64,000 bases of DNA from Acetobacteraceae bacterium (GTDB taxonomy: Bacteria > Pseudomonadota > Alphaproteobacteria > Acetobacterales > Acetobacteraceae). Below, one piece after another: positions 10,656-20,702 of the stretch. Position 1 is the first letter of the stretch. The number at the start of each line of letters is the position of its first letter. The stretch spans positions 645-64,644 of the forward strand of contig SHWL01000007.1 in NCBI GenBank assembly GCA_009693865.1, in the 5' to 3' direction. The position numbers and the translations under genes are program-made. The notes below the pieces were generated by a model. That model was given only the letters and a program-made list of their open reading frames with translations. It ran no database searches and was not told the DNA's origin.

Positions 10656-11542
10656 CCCCCGAAGGACTGATCCCAGATTTCCGGCAGCATCCGGTAACCG
10701 CCGTGACCGTCGCGCACCAGATGCGCGAAGCCGGGGAAGTGGACATGCATGCCCGCGATCAATTGCCGGCCGGTGGCGACCATGTCGAAGACGCGTTTGC
10801 GGCTGGCGGCGGCGGCGTGCGGGTCGGTGTCGAACTCGATGGTGACTTCGGGGCGCGGCACCTGGATTTCCGGGACATGGATGGTGTCGCCCCAAATCAG
10901 CAGCGAGTCCTTGCCGGAGACGATCATGTAGCCGCTATGGCCCGGGGTGTGGCCGTGCATCATGACGGAGGTAATGCCCGGGAAGACCTCGGTGGCCTTG
11001 GAGAAGGTACGGGTCTGGTTGTGATAGGGGGCGATCTGTTCGCGGGCGCACATGAAATACATTTTCTTGGCGCGCTCGCTGGCCCGGCTCATTGCGCCGT
11101 CGTCGTGCCAGTGCTTCGGCTCGTTTTCGCGCACAACCAGTTCGGCGTTGGGGAAAGATTTCTTGCCGGTTTTCGGATCGGTGAGGCCGGCGGAGTGGTC
11201 GGGGTGCATGTGGGTAAGCAGCACGGTGTCGATGTCGGCGCAATCGACACCGGCGGCGGCCAGGTTTTGTCGCAGCTTGCCCGCGGTCGGCAGCAGATAG
11301 TCGCCCGACCCGGTCTCGACCAGCGCGAGCCGGCCGGCGGAGTAGACGAGGTAGCAGTTCACCGAGGTCCGGCGTCCCGGCCGGAAATTGGCGTCGAGCA
11401 GCGTCTGGCCCGCGTCCTTGGTGATATTTTGTAACACCTCAAGGTTGCCGTCGAGGTAACCGTCGGACAGCGCGGTGACGACGATGTCGCCGATGCGGCG
11501 GTGGTAGACGCCGGGGATTGGCGCGGTGGGGACTTTGATCAT
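10652..11542 (-). CDS. MBL-fold metallo-hydrolase (methyl-parathion hydrolase/AHL-lactonase-like)
   Basis: ALSDG, LVETGSG, THMHPDH, GHTPGH, WGDTIH, GMHVHFPG; AAGGAG RBS. Confidence 0.9.
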   Translation of the reverse strand: MIKVPTAPIPGVYHRRIGDIVVTALSDGYLDGNLEVLQNITKDAGQTLLDANFRPGRRTSVNCYLVYSAGRLALVETGSGDYLLPTAGKLRQNLAAAGVDCADIDTVLLTHMHPDHSAGLTDPKTGKKSFPNAELVVRENEPKHWHDDGAMSRASERAKKMYFMCAREQIAPYHNQTRTFSKATEVFPGITSVMMHGHTPGHSGYMIVSGKDSLLIWGDTIHVPEIQVPRPEVTIEFDTDPHAAAASRKRVFDMVATGRQLIAGMHVHFPGFAHLVRDGHGGYRMLPEIWDQSFGG

Positions 11543-11627
11543 GTCGAAAACTCCTTGGTCGCGTCTGGACGAGCCGGTAGGCGCCTCCCTATCGGCGGTG
11601 GCGCGGTTTGTCATGGGTTGGCGAGGC

Positions 11628-13208
11628 TCACCACTGGCGGCGGTTTTTGTCCCGGATCGACTCGTAAAGATTCACCGGCGAGAAATCGTCGGTCAGGCGC
11701 GGGGCGTCCAGCCCGCCGGGCCATGGCAGGCGGGTGGCCAGCAGCGCCGGCAACTCGTAACGGAACCGGAACTGACGCTGTAGCGCCGCCCCCCGCTCCG
11801 CCAGCACCGAATCCGCCGGTCTGGGCGAGGCCATCGCCACCGCGATGACATTGCCGCCGCCGCCGCCATCGTAAAGATCGACCGAGGCGAAGGCGGCTTT
11901 CAGGGTGACGAGCGTGCTGTCGTAAAGTTTCGTGCCGCTGTGCAGGTTGAACACCGCCGCGCCGCCGGGGGCGAGGTGGCGGGCAGTCAGCGCGTAGAAC
12001 TCGGCGGTCAGGAGGTGAAAGGGAACGTAGCCGCCCCTGAAGGCATCCAGCAGGATCAGGTCGTACTGGGTGTTGTTCCGTGTCAGGAACACTCGGCCAT
12101 CGGCCTCGATCAGCGGCGTGCGGGGGGTTTCGCGGACGCCGAACCATTGTTTCGCGGCGCGGATCACGCCGGGGTCGAGTTCGACGGTCTCGACGATCAG
12201 GTCCGGCATATGGCCCGCGAGGTAGGTCGAGACGGAGCCGCCGCCCAGACCGATCATCAAGGCGCGGCGCGCGGTTTCCGGAAACGCGAGACCGACGGTC
12301 ATGGCGCTGGTGTAGCCGACCGGCATCGCGGTGGGGTCGGCGAGGTCGATCGCGGACTCGGTATAACCCCGCCGTTGCCGTTGAAACGCCATCGTCACGA
12401 AACTGTCGCGCTTGACGATGAAAATGTCGTTATATTCGGTTTCCATGTGTGCCAGCACGCCGTCCGGGCGTTTCGCCAGAGCTTTCAGGCTGGCCGTGTC
12501 GGAGATGCCCGGGACCGGAAAATCGCCGGCAAGGGCGGGCGTGCCGGAGGCCAGCGGCAGCGCGGCCAGGAGGACAGCCGCGCCGCGGCGCATGCGTCCC
12601 GCCAGTGCGATCAGTCCGCCGCAGGCGATGCCCGCCACCCCAAAGGCGATGGTGACCGCGCGGGACCCCGCGAGCGGCATCAGCACGAATGTCGTGCCCA
12701 ACGTGCCGGCGATGCTGCCGAGTGTGGAAACGCCGTAGACTCCGCCGGAAACCGCGCCGGACCGATGGGCGGATCGCATCAGCAGCCGGACCGCGAAGGG
12801 CGAGAACATGCCGAGAAACGCGACCGGCGGAAACATGATGGCGAGGGACGCGACGAGGCTGCCCCAGCGCACGTCCTCGATTCCATTCATGATGGTTTCC
12901 AGCAGTGGATCGGCGGCGAGCGGCAGCAGGACCAGCCAGGCGGAGCCCGCGGCGACGGTGGCGCCAAGCATGGTCAAGGAGGGGTATCGGTCGGCGAGCC
13001 GGCCGCCGGCGAAATACCCCGCCGACAACGCCGCGAGCACGGTCGAAATGAGGGCGGCCCAGGTGTGGATGCCGCTGCCGAAGTATGGGTTGAGGTAGCG
13101 GGAACCGAGCATCTCGAAGCCCATGACGATGGCGCCGGTGACGAAGGCCGCCGCGTAAATCGCCAGCGTTTCGGCGATCCGAGGGGCGTCAGATCCGTTC
13201 GAAGACAG
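11628..13208 (-). CDS. Fused membrane (MFS-like)/spermidine synthase-like SAM-dependent protein; start uncertain (CTG 13208 or ATG 13124)
   Basis: GAIVMGFEMLGSRYLNPYFGS TM region; LMIGLGGG, VELDP, DGR, LDAF motifs; frame stays open upstream of ATG 13124 and includes the first TM helix. Confidence 0.85.
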   Translation of the reverse strand: MSSNGSDAPRIAETLAIYAAAFVTGAIVMGFEMLGSRYLNPYFGSGIHTWAALISTVLAALSAGYFAGGRLADRYPSLTMLGATVAAGSAWLVLLPLAADPLLETIMNGIEDVRWGSLVASLAIMFPPVAFLGMFSPFAVRLLMRSAHRSGAVSGGVYGVSTLGSIAGTLGTTFVLMPLAGSRAVTIAFGVAGIACGGLIALAGRMRRGAAVLLAALPLASGTPALAGDFPVPGISDTASLKALAKRPDGVLAHMETEYNDIFIVKRDSFVTMAFQRQRRGYTESAIDLADPTAMPVGYTSAMTVGLAFPETARRALMIGLGGGSVSTYLAGHMPDLIVETVELDPGVIRAAKQWFGVRETPRTPLIEADGRVFLTRNNTQYDLILLDAFRGGYVPFHLLTAEFYALTARHLAPGGAAVFNLHSGTKLYDSTLVTLKAAFASVDLYDGGGGGNVIAVAMASPRPADSVLAERGAALQRQFRFRYELPALLATRLPWPGGLDAPRLTDDFSPVNLYESIRDKNRRQW

Positions 13209-13629
13209 CGGTCTTGCCTCGGTTGCCCATGGCGTCGAGCGAATACCCGACCATCCGGTTGGGGCCCTTGCGGGTCAGGTAGAAGCGATCCGGGCTCCAG
13301 GACTCGAAGCCCTGGAAGGTGGGATTGGAACATTCGATCCGCACCTGGTTGCCGGTGACGACGATGGAGGCGTCTTCGTTGACGATTCCGCCGCGGGAGG
13401 CGCGCAGCAGCAACCGGCCGGCATAGACGTTGGGCGTGGTGGCGGCGTGAATTTCGAGTGTGCCTTCGTAGGTGTCGCGGGCGCCGCGCCAGGACAAAGC
13501 CCAGATGCCCGTCAGCGCGGGCGATTGGGCGCGTGCCGGCCGCGCCAGCGCGGCGAGGCCGCAGAGGGCCAGGGCGCCCAGAGCGAGGTGGCGGCGGCCA
13601 GGATCGGATCGATGTTCGGCGGGCGGCAT
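13189..13629 (-). CDS. Hypothetical exported beta-rich protein with Tat-like signal peptide
   Basis: [12 protein letters not shown]...ARA|Q signal; LTGIWALSW...YEGTLEI; GGAG RBS. Confidence 0.65.
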   Translation of the reverse strand: MPPAEHRSDPGRRHLALGALALCGLAALARPARAQSPALTGIWALSWRGARDTYEGTLEIHAATTPNVYAGRLLLRASRGGIVNEDASIVVTGNQVRIECSNPTFQGFESWSPDRFYLTRKGPNRMVGYSLDAMGNRGKTAVFERI

Positions 13630-13808
13630 GCTGTCTGCTCCCTGGTTTGGGCGGCGGTGCGATCGCGCGCCGGCATCGCCGTGCGGTCGGGACGTATCGG
13701 GACGTATCGGGACCGAATCATACAATGCGTCCGGTCTCAGGCAAGAGCGGGCCGACCTCCCGACAGCAGCGGACACAGCGGAACAACCGCCAACCTTCCC
13801 CGAAGGAC

Positions 13809-13837
13809 TTGCCCGCGGCCCCGCCGCCCCCTATAGC
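13809..13837 (+). promoter_or_regulatory. Putative sigma70 promoter of tkt-gap
   Basis: TTGCCC-N17-TATAGC, about 20 nt upstream of the ATG. Confidence 0.5.
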
Positions 13838-13858
13838 GGCGCCGTACAAGGAGACATC

Positions 13859-15901
13859 ATGGCGGCCACTTCGGAAACCTCTGGCAGCAACCCCGCCCTG
13901 GCGCTGCAAGCCGAGATCCTCTCGCGCCCGATCACCGAGACCAGGCGGATGGCCGACGCGATTCGCGCGCTGGCGATCGACGCGGTCGAAGCCGCGAAGT
14001 CCGGCCATCCAGGAATGCCGATGGGCATGGCCGACGCCGCCACGGTGCTTTGGACCCGCTTCCTGAAATTCGACGCCGCCGACCCGCGCTGGCACGACCG
14101 CGACCGGTTCGTGCTCTCGGCGGGCCACGGCTCCATGCTACTGTATGCGCTGCTGCACCTGACCGGCCACGCGGGCATGCGGATGGAGCAACTGAAGACG
14201 TTCCGGCAATTGCACTCCCCCGCCGCCGGCCACCCCGAATGGGGCGAGCACCCCGCCATCGAAACCACCACCGGTCCCCTGGGCCAGGGCCTCGCCACCG
14301 CCGTCGGCATGGCACTGGCCGAGCGCATCCTGGCGGCGCGCTTCGGCAAGTCGCTGGTCGATCACCGCACCTGGGTCATCGCCTCCGACGGCGATCTGAT
14401 GGAGGGCGTGAGCCACGAAGCCATCGGCCTCGCGGGTCATCTCGGGCTGTCCAAACTGACGGTGCTTTACGACGACAACCATATCTCGATCGACGGGGAT
14501 ACCGCGCTTTCCGCGTCCGACGATCCGCTGAAGCGGTTCGCCGCCGCCAACTGGGCTGTCCGCCGCGTCGATGGCCACGACCCCGAGGAAGTGGCCGCCG
14601 CCTTGTCCGCCGCCTCTCGCTCCCGCAAACCCTCCTTGATCGCCTGCCGCACCGTGATCGGTCTGGGCGCGCCCACCAAAGCCGGTACAGCGGGCAGCCA
14701 CGGATCCCCGCTTGGCGCGCCCGAGGCCGCCGCCGCCAAACAACTCCTGGGCTGGACCGCGCCGCCCTTCACCGTGCCTGACGAACTCCTGGCCCCCTGG
14801 CATGCCGCCGGAGAACGGTCCGCCGGCACTCGCCGCGCCTGGCTGAAACGCCTGACCGGCAGCAACCAGCGCGTCGAGTTCGAACGCACGATGGCGGGCC
14901 GGCTGCCGGACAACTGGGGTGAAGCGGTCGCCGCCCTCAAGCGGGAAATCGCCGAGACCAAACCGAAGATCGCCACCCGTCAGTCCAGCCAGAAGGCGCT
15001 GGAGACCCTGGTCTCCGCGACGCCGGAGCTGGTGGGCGGCTCTGCCGATCTGACAGGCTCGAACCTGACCCTGGTCAAGGGTCAGGCGGTCGTCACTCCG
15101 GGGAGTTTTGGCGGCCAATATGTACATTACGGCATCCGCGAACATGGGATGGCCGCCGCCGCAAACGGCATGGCGCTGCATGGCGGGGTAATCCCCTATA
15201 CCGGAACGTTCTTCATCTTCACTGACTACATGCGCCCAGCGCTCCGGCTCGGCGCGCTGATGCACCAGCGAGTGATCCACGTCCTGACCCACGACTCCAT
15301 CGGTCTGGGCGAGGACGGTCCGACCCATCAACCGGTCGAGCACCTCGCCAGCCTCCGCGCGATGCCCAACGTGCATGTGTTCCGGCCCGCCGACACGATG
15401 GAAACGGTAGAGGCCTGGGAACTGGCGATCCGCCGCGCCGACGGGCCCAGCCTGCTGGTCCTGACCCGTCAGACTCTGCCCGCGTTGCGCTTCGAAGCCG
15501 GCGAGAACCTGACCGCCCGCGGCGGCTACGTTCTGGCCGAAGCCGAGAGACCCCGCCAGGCCACTTTGATCGCCACCGGCTCGGAAGTCTCGTTGGCCAT
15601 GGAGGCACGCGCCATGCTGGCCGTCGACGGCATCCAGGTGGCCGTCGTGTCCCTGCCCTGTTGGGAACTGTTCGAAACCCAGGACGCGGCATACCGTGCG
15701 TCCGTCCTCGGCACCGCGTTCCGGGTCGGGATCGAGGCCGCGGGCGGGTTTGGTTGGGAGCGGTATCTGGGCCCTGATGGTGTGTTCATCGGCATGACCG
15801 GATTTGGCGCATCGGCCCCGGCCGAGGCACTGTATAAACACTTTGGAATCACGGCCGATGCCGTCGCCGCGGCCGTGCGTCAACGGCTTGGAACCAGGTA
15901 G
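13859..15901 (+). CDS. tkt: Transketolase
   Basis: [50 protein letters not shown]. Confidence 0.98.
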   Translation: MAATSETSGSNPALALQAEILSRPITETRRMADAIRALAIDAVEAAKSGHPGMPMGMADAATVLWTRFLKFDAADPRWHDRDRFVLSAGHGSMLLYALLHLTGHAGMRMEQLKTFRQLHSPAAGHPEWGEHPAIETTTGPLGQGLATAVGMALAERILAARFGKSLVDHRTWVIASDGDLMEGVSHEAIGLAGHLGLSKLTVLYDDNHISIDGDTALSASDDPLKRFAAANWAVRRVDGHDPEEVAAALSAASRSRKPSLIACRTVIGLGAPTKAGTAGSHGSPLGAPEAAAAKQLLGWTAPPFTVPDELLAPWHAAGERSAGTRRAWLKRLTGSNQRVEFERTMAGRLPDNWGEAVAALKREIAETKPKIATRQSSQKALETLVSATPELVGGSADLTGSNLTLVKGQAVVTPGSFGGQYVHYGIREHGMAAAANGMALHGGVIPYTGTFFIFTDYMRPALRLGALMHQRVIHVLTHDSIGLGEDGPTHQPVEHLASLRAMPNVHVFRPADTMETVEAWELAIRRADGPSLLVLTRQTLPALRFEAGENLTARGGYVLAEAERPRQATLIATGSEVSLAMEARAMLAVDGIQVAVVSLPCWELFETQDAAYRASVLGTAFRVGIEAAGGFGWERYLGPDGVFIGMTGFGASAPAEALYKHFGITADAVAAAVRQRLGTR

Positions 15902-15915
15902 GAAGGAAAACGGAC

Positions 15916-16929
15916 ATGCCAGTCAAGGTCGCGATCAATGGGTTTGGCCGGATCGGGCGCCTCGTGCTGCGCGCGATCGTCGAAAGCGGGCGCGAGGACG
16001 TCGTCCCCGTCGCCATCAACGATCTTGGCTCCGTCGAGACCAACGCGCATCTGTTCGCCTATGACAGCGTGCATGGCCGCTTCCCCGGCCAGGTCGAGGT
16101 GTCGGGCAACACGATCACCATCCGCCACAACGGGAAAGTCTACGGCCCGCTGACCGTCTCGGCCGAGCGCGACCCGACCAAAGTGCCATACGGCGGTGTC
16201 GACGTGGCGCTGGAATGTACCGGGATATTCGCGTCGAAGGCCAAAGCGTCGGCGCTGCTGACGGCAGGTGCGCGCAAAGTGTTGATTTCCGCGCCGGCGG
16301 ACGAGGTCGACGCGACCATCGTTTATGGAGTCAACCACAAGACGATCACATCCGCGATGACGGTGATCTCCAACGCATCGTGCACGACGAATTGCCTGGC
16401 GCCAATGGCGAAGGTTCTGCACGACCGCTTCGGTATCCTGCGCGGCTATATGGTGACGATCCACGCCTATACCGGCGATCAGAACCTGCAGGATTCGCTG
16501 CACAGTGACCTGCATCGCGCCCGCGCGGCGGCGGTGTCGGCGATCCCGACGTCAACCGGTGCCGCCCGCGCCGTCGGCCTGGTGATGCCGGAGCTGAAGG
16601 GCAAGCTGGATGGCACCGCCATCCGCATCCCGACGCCGAACGTGTCGCTCGTGTCGCTGGACGTGAATCTGGCGAAACAGGCGACGAAGGATGAAATCAA
16701 CGCCGCGATGCTGGACGCGTCGAAGGGTGAGCTCGCGGGCATTCTGGATTACAACAGGGCCAGGCTGGTTTCAATCGACTTCAACCATAACCCGGCGTCC
16801 TGCACGTTCGATGAGACGCAGACCGCGGTCGTGGATGGCGGCCTGGCCCGGGTGATGGGCTGGTATGACAATGAGTGGGGGTTCTCGAACCGGATGTCGG
16901 ATACGGCGGCGCTGTTCGGGAGTTTGTAA
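15916..16929 (+). CDS. gap: Glyceraldehyde-3-phosphate dehydrogenase type I
   Basis: INGFGRIGR, SNASCTTNCLAP, WYDNEWGFS. Confidence 0.98.
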   Translation: MPVKVAINGFGRIGRLVLRAIVESGREDVVPVAINDLGSVETNAHLFAYDSVHGRFPGQVEVSGNTITIRHNGKVYGPLTVSAERDPTKVPYGGVDVALECTGIFASKAKASALLTAGARKVLISAPADEVDATIVYGVNHKTITSAMTVISNASCTTNCLAPMAKVLHDRFGILRGYMVTIHAYTGDQNLQDSLHSDLHRARAAAVSAIPTSTGAARAVGLVMPELKGKLDGTAIRIPTPNVSLVSLDVNLAKQATKDEINAAMLDASKGELAGILDYNRARLVSIDFNHNPASCTFDETQTAVVDGGLARVMGWYDNEWGFSNRMSDTAALFGSL

Positions 16930-17001
16930 GACTCCGGATTTTCGTAAACGGCCTGGCCGCCTGAAGGGGATGATGTGTTTTCCTGGCGCGGTGCTCCCGC
17001 G

Positions 17002-17352
17002 TCAGTCCCCGTCCGGAGGGCCGCTCAGTGGTTTCCTCAGTGCCCGTTCCAGATCGTCGATGTCGCAGGCGGCGACGTCCCAGACGCGCCGTGTATTGGT
17101 CCGGAAATATTCGTGGACGATTTTATCGCGAATCCCGGCGATCGCCCGCCATGGAATGTCCGGATATGATACTTTGAACTCTGGGCTGATATTTTTCGCC
17201 GCCTCACCCAGGATCGCGATGGAATAAAGGACCGAACGCACGATCGCCGGTTTCGCGGCGAACGCGGCGAAGTCCATTCCCGCCGTGTCCGCCCGGATGT
17301 CGGCAATCGCCGAAAGGATGTCCTGAACTCAGGACTCATCGGCGCGCGCCAT
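17002..17352 (-). pseudogene. HepT-like (DUF86) HEPN RNase toxin with TGA at codon 8
   Basis: ATG overlaps MNT stop (TGATG); MARADES*VQDILSAIADI...ILGEAAKNI...IPWRAIAGIRDKIVHEY (Rx4H); stop at 17329-17331. Confidence 0.85.
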
Positions 17353-17657
17353 CAGAAGATCGGCACTTTATCACGCTCGAACGCCGCGCGGACCAGGGGG
17401 CGGAAGCTTTCAATCTCGCCAAGATCGACCGGGCGGCGGAGGGCATCCTCCAACAGAAGGCGGGTGTCTTCCATTCGGATCACCGAGAAGGGATGGCCTT
17501 CCTCGATCTCCACGGCGAGGTCGATGTCGCTGTCCGATCGGTCCTCGCCACGGGCGACGGAACCGAATACCGCGAGGTGGCGCACGCCGCGCCGCCGGAG
17601 TTCAGGTTCCGTCTTCGCGAGTTGGCGCCGTACGGCGGTGAGTGTATCGATCGCCAC
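17352..17657 (-). CDS. MNT-family minimal nucleotidyltransferase antitoxin
   Basis: GVRHLAVFGSVARGEDRSDSDIDL, RPVDL; GTG start. Confidence 0.9.
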   Translation of the reverse strand: MAIDTLTAVRRQLAKTEPELRRRGVRHLAVFGSVARGEDRSDSDIDLAVEIEEGHPFSVIRMEDTRLLLEDALRRPVDLGEIESFRPLVRAAFERDKVPIF

Positions 17658-17872
17658 GATCGGTGTCCTGGGGTTGCAAGCGCCGTCGCAGGATAGGCGC
17701 GAACGAGTGTCTCGTGCCAGAGCAGTGTGGCCGCGAGGGATCCGTGGCCGGGATCCCGCGATTGACGCAATACCCCGCGGTTGGCGGCCACGCCGGTATC
17801 CCCTTCCCGCCAAGGATGGCCTCCCCGCCGTCCCAACGCTAAAACGCCGCATCCCGACGAGGACCACCCACC

Positions 17873-19060
17873 ATGCCTTTCCGCACCCTCGACTCCCTCG
17901 CCCCCGCGGGCAAACGCGTCCTGATGCGCGCCGACCTCAACGTCCCTGTCCGCGACGGCAAGATCACAGACCTCACCCGGATCGAGCGTCTGTCGCCCAC
18001 CATCAAGGAACTCTCCGCCAAGGGCGCCAAGGTCATCGTGTGCAGCCACTTCGATCGCCCCCAGGGCAAGCGCGTCCCCGGGATGTCGCTCAAGCCCATG
18101 GCCGGCGCCCTAAGCCACGTACTGGGCAAGCCGGTCGCCTTCGCCAACGACTGCATCGGCCCGGACGCCGAAACCGCCGTCGCCGCCATGGCCAACGGCG
18201 ACGTCCTGGTGCTGGAAAACACCCGCTACCACGCCGCCGAGGAAAAGAACGACCCAACCTTCAGCGCCGCCCTCGCGAAGTTGGCCGACGCCTTCGTCAA
18301 CGACGCCTTCTCCGCCGCCCACCGCGCGCACGCCAGCACCGAAGGCGTGGCCCACCTCCTGCCCGCCTACGCCGGCCGCCTGATGCAAGCCGAGTTGGAA
18401 GCCCTCGACGCCGCCCTGGGCAATCCCCAACGCCCGGTTGCCGCCATCGTCGGCGGCTCCAAGGTCTCCACCAAACTGGAGCTTCTGGGCAACCTGGTGG
18501 GCAAAGTGAACGTGCTGGTCATCGGCGGCGCGATGGCGAACACCTTCCTGGCAGCTCAAGGCAAAGCCGCCGGAAAATCGTTACAAGAAGCCGAGATGCA
18601 CGCGACCGCCCGCGAAATCCTGGTCCAGGCGGCGAAAGCCGGATGCGAGGTCGTGCTGCCCACCGACGCGGTGGTCTCCGCCGAGTTCCGCGCCAACCCT
18701 CCGACCCAGACCGTCAGCGTGGACGCCGTGCCCGCGGACACCATGATCCTCGACACCGGCCCCGCTTCGATCGCCGCGCTGATCGCCCGCCTGCCATCCT
18801 GGAAAACCCTCGTCTGGAACGGTCCCCTGGGCGCCTTCGAGACCCCGCCCTTCGACATGGCCACGATGGCCCTCGCGAAAGCAGTGGCGGAAGCGACCGC
18901 CCGAGGCGCGCTGCGTAGTGTGGCCGGCGGCGGCGACACCGTGTCCGCGTTGCGGCAAGCCGGGGTGATTGAAAAACTGTCGTACGTCTCGTCCGCCGGC
19001 GGCGCATTTCTGGAATGGCTGGAGGGCAAGACGCTCCCGGGTGTGGCCGCGTTGGGGTAG
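17873..19060 (+). CDS. pgk: Phosphoglycerate kinase
   Basis: [50 protein letters not shown]. Confidence 0.98.
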   Translation: MPFRTLDSLAPAGKRVLMRADLNVPVRDGKITDLTRIERLSPTIKELSAKGAKVIVCSHFDRPQGKRVPGMSLKPMAGALSHVLGKPVAFANDCIGPDAETAVAAMANGDVLVLENTRYHAAEEKNDPTFSAALAKLADAFVNDAFSAAHRAHASTEGVAHLLPAYAGRLMQAELEALDAALGNPQRPVAAIVGGSKVSTKLELLGNLVGKVNVLVIGGAMANTFLAAQGKAAGKSLQEAEMHATAREILVQAAKAGCEVVLPTDAVVSAEFRANPPTQTVSVDAVPADTMILDTGPASIAALIARLPSWKTLVWNGPLGAFETPPFDMATMALAKAVAEATARGALRSVAGGGDTVSALRQAGVIEKLSYVSSAGGAFLEWLEGKTLPGVAALG

Positions 19061-19086
19061 TCCCGTTCTTCGACGGTCGGAGGACT

Positions 19087-19413
19087 TCAAACGCCCTCCA
19101 CGACCCTCACCCGCCCCACGCCCCGCGCAGCTGGTTTCACGGAAATCTCGACATCCCGTCCCAGCAATGTCAGGAACTGCATCAGCCGCTCGACAGAGAA
19201 ATTCGTGAGGTATCCACGTTGCAACCGCGACACTTTCGGTTGATCGATCCCCAGGATCGCCGCCGCCGCCGCCTGAGTAAGCCGCCGCTCCCGGATTGCA
19301 CCGCCAATACGCGAAGCCAGTTCAGCCTTCGCGAGGCTTTCCTCGGGGTTCGATAACCCGAGGTCGGCGAAAACGTTACCACTGCCAACTTCAACTTTAA
19401 TATCGTCAACCAT
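19087..19413 (-). CDS. XRE-HTH antitoxin (HigA/Ata-like)
   Basis: GSGNVFADLGL, LTQAAAAAILGIDQPKVSRL, FSVERL, LGRDVEI. Confidence 0.9.
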   Translation of the reverse strand: MVDDIKVEVGSGNVFADLGLSNPEESLAKAELASRIGGAIRERRLTQAAAAAILGIDQPKVSRLQRGYLTNFSVERLMQFLTLLGRDVEISVKPAARGVGRVRVVEGV

Positions 19414-19792
19414 ATCCGCCCGCTCCTTTTTGCTCCAACAGCCACGCGGCATGTTCCTGTTCCGCCCGGCGTAACCGCGCTGTCACAAGATCGATCTCCG
19501 CTTTCGGCGTCCCGATCCCGTGCTTCGATTTCTTCTGAAACGCATGCAAAACGTACACACGTCCAGCCAAACGCACCGTGTAGACGGCGCGGAATGTGTC
19601 ACCGTCGTCGTTCTCCACCACCTCCAGGACGCCAGCGCCACCAAAGCCATGCAACGGCTTTGCGTGCGGATGCTTCCCGCCCTTCTGGGCCTCATAGAGT
19701 GCGAACCCGACCGCTCTCACGACCTCCTCGGGGAAAGCCACCAGATCCTCTTTCGCGCCGCCGATCCAAACCACCGGTTTGAGGTCCGGCAG
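19406..19792 (-). CDS. RelE-superfamily toxin (Gp49/Tad/HigB-like); start probably CTG 19792
   Basis: KPVVWIG, FPEEV, AKPLHGFGGAGVLEV, FRAVYTV, YVLHAFQKKS; toxin-first order; GGAG 5 nt before CTG. Confidence 0.88.
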   Translation of the reverse strand: MPDLKPVVWIGGAKEDLVAFPEEVVRAVGFALYEAQKGGKHPHAKPLHGFGGAGVLEVVENDDGDTFRAVYTVRLAGRVYVLHAFQKKSKHGIGTPKAEIDLVTARLRRAEQEHAAWLLEQKGAGGYG

Positions 19793-19804
19793 CCCAACTC
19801 CATC

Positions 19805-19834
19805 TTTATATGCCCGAACAAGCATGTCGCGCAA
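19805..19834 (-). promoter_or_regulatory. Putative TA promoter with operator palindrome
   Basis: Minus strand TTGCGC-N18-TATAAA with ATGC-N8-GCAT lying across the spacer. Confidence 0.5.
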
Positions 19835-20029
19835 GTCCTTTCTCACAATATCGGTCTCCCGCTCACCCCGAACGGCACCGCCGCGTCTACGCGCCCAAGA
19901 TTAATAATCGGATAATGGCCACCGTTAGATCGGCCGCACCATCGACGGCACCGGCGCGACGATCATGCGCGCGGACCAGGCCGGCGCGGACACCGTGCTC
20001 GCCTCCATCATCGCCGAGGCGCCGGGCGT

Positions 20030-20650
20030 GTCCGCGCCTCCCCCTTCGCCAGCTTCGCGGAGATCGTCGATTGGCCGGAACGGCCGGGCCAGTTACCCGC
20101 GTATCGGCACTTCATCGATCGTTTCGCATATGCCTTCGAATGGGCCGCCTTCATCGATTTGGATGAGTTTCTGGTGCCAACCCGAGACGACAGCATCGCC
20201 CCCTGCTCCGGTCCTGGGGCGATTTCGCCGCCGTGCTGGTCCACTGGCGATGTTTCGGCCCCTCGGGTTGGGAAGAACCGCCAGGCGGTCTCATGATCGA
20301 AAATTACGACATGCGGTTGGCCGGCGATCGGCCGGTGAACCACCACGTCAAGCCGATCGTGCGATGCGCGGACCTGCCTGGCGTCACCGGGGACGCGCGG
20401 TGCCGAATACCGCCATTCAGCCCGCGGTCTGCCACGAGGCACTGGTCATCCATCGCTGCATTACCCGGTCGCAGTGGGATTGGCAGGCGAAGCTCCGGCG
20501 CGGCAACGCGATGTTCGACAACCGGGCGCCGGATTATGAGCCGCCCTACGATGATGCCGTATTCGACTATCTCGCCCGGGATGCCGATATTAAAGACGAT
20601 ACGATCAAGCGATTTGCGCCTAAGGTTCGAGCGTTGCTGGCGGGCGGCGC
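20030..20650 (+). pseudogene. Degraded glycosyltransferase (GT92/DUF23-like), frameshifted and 5'-truncated
   Basis: Segments in successive frames: IVDWPERPGQLPAYRHF..WAAFIDLDEFLVP / VLVHWRCFGPSG..HVKPIVR / TRSQWDWQAKLRRG. Confidence 0.7.
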
Positions 20651-20702
20651 CCAGAAGAACGCGACCCGCGGCGAGACTCAAACACACGGAAACAGACCGA
20701 CC

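Noticed and set aside
13687-13714. 10-bp tandem repeat TCGGGACGTA between divergent genes
   Set aside because: Under three units with no supporting context; probably slippage
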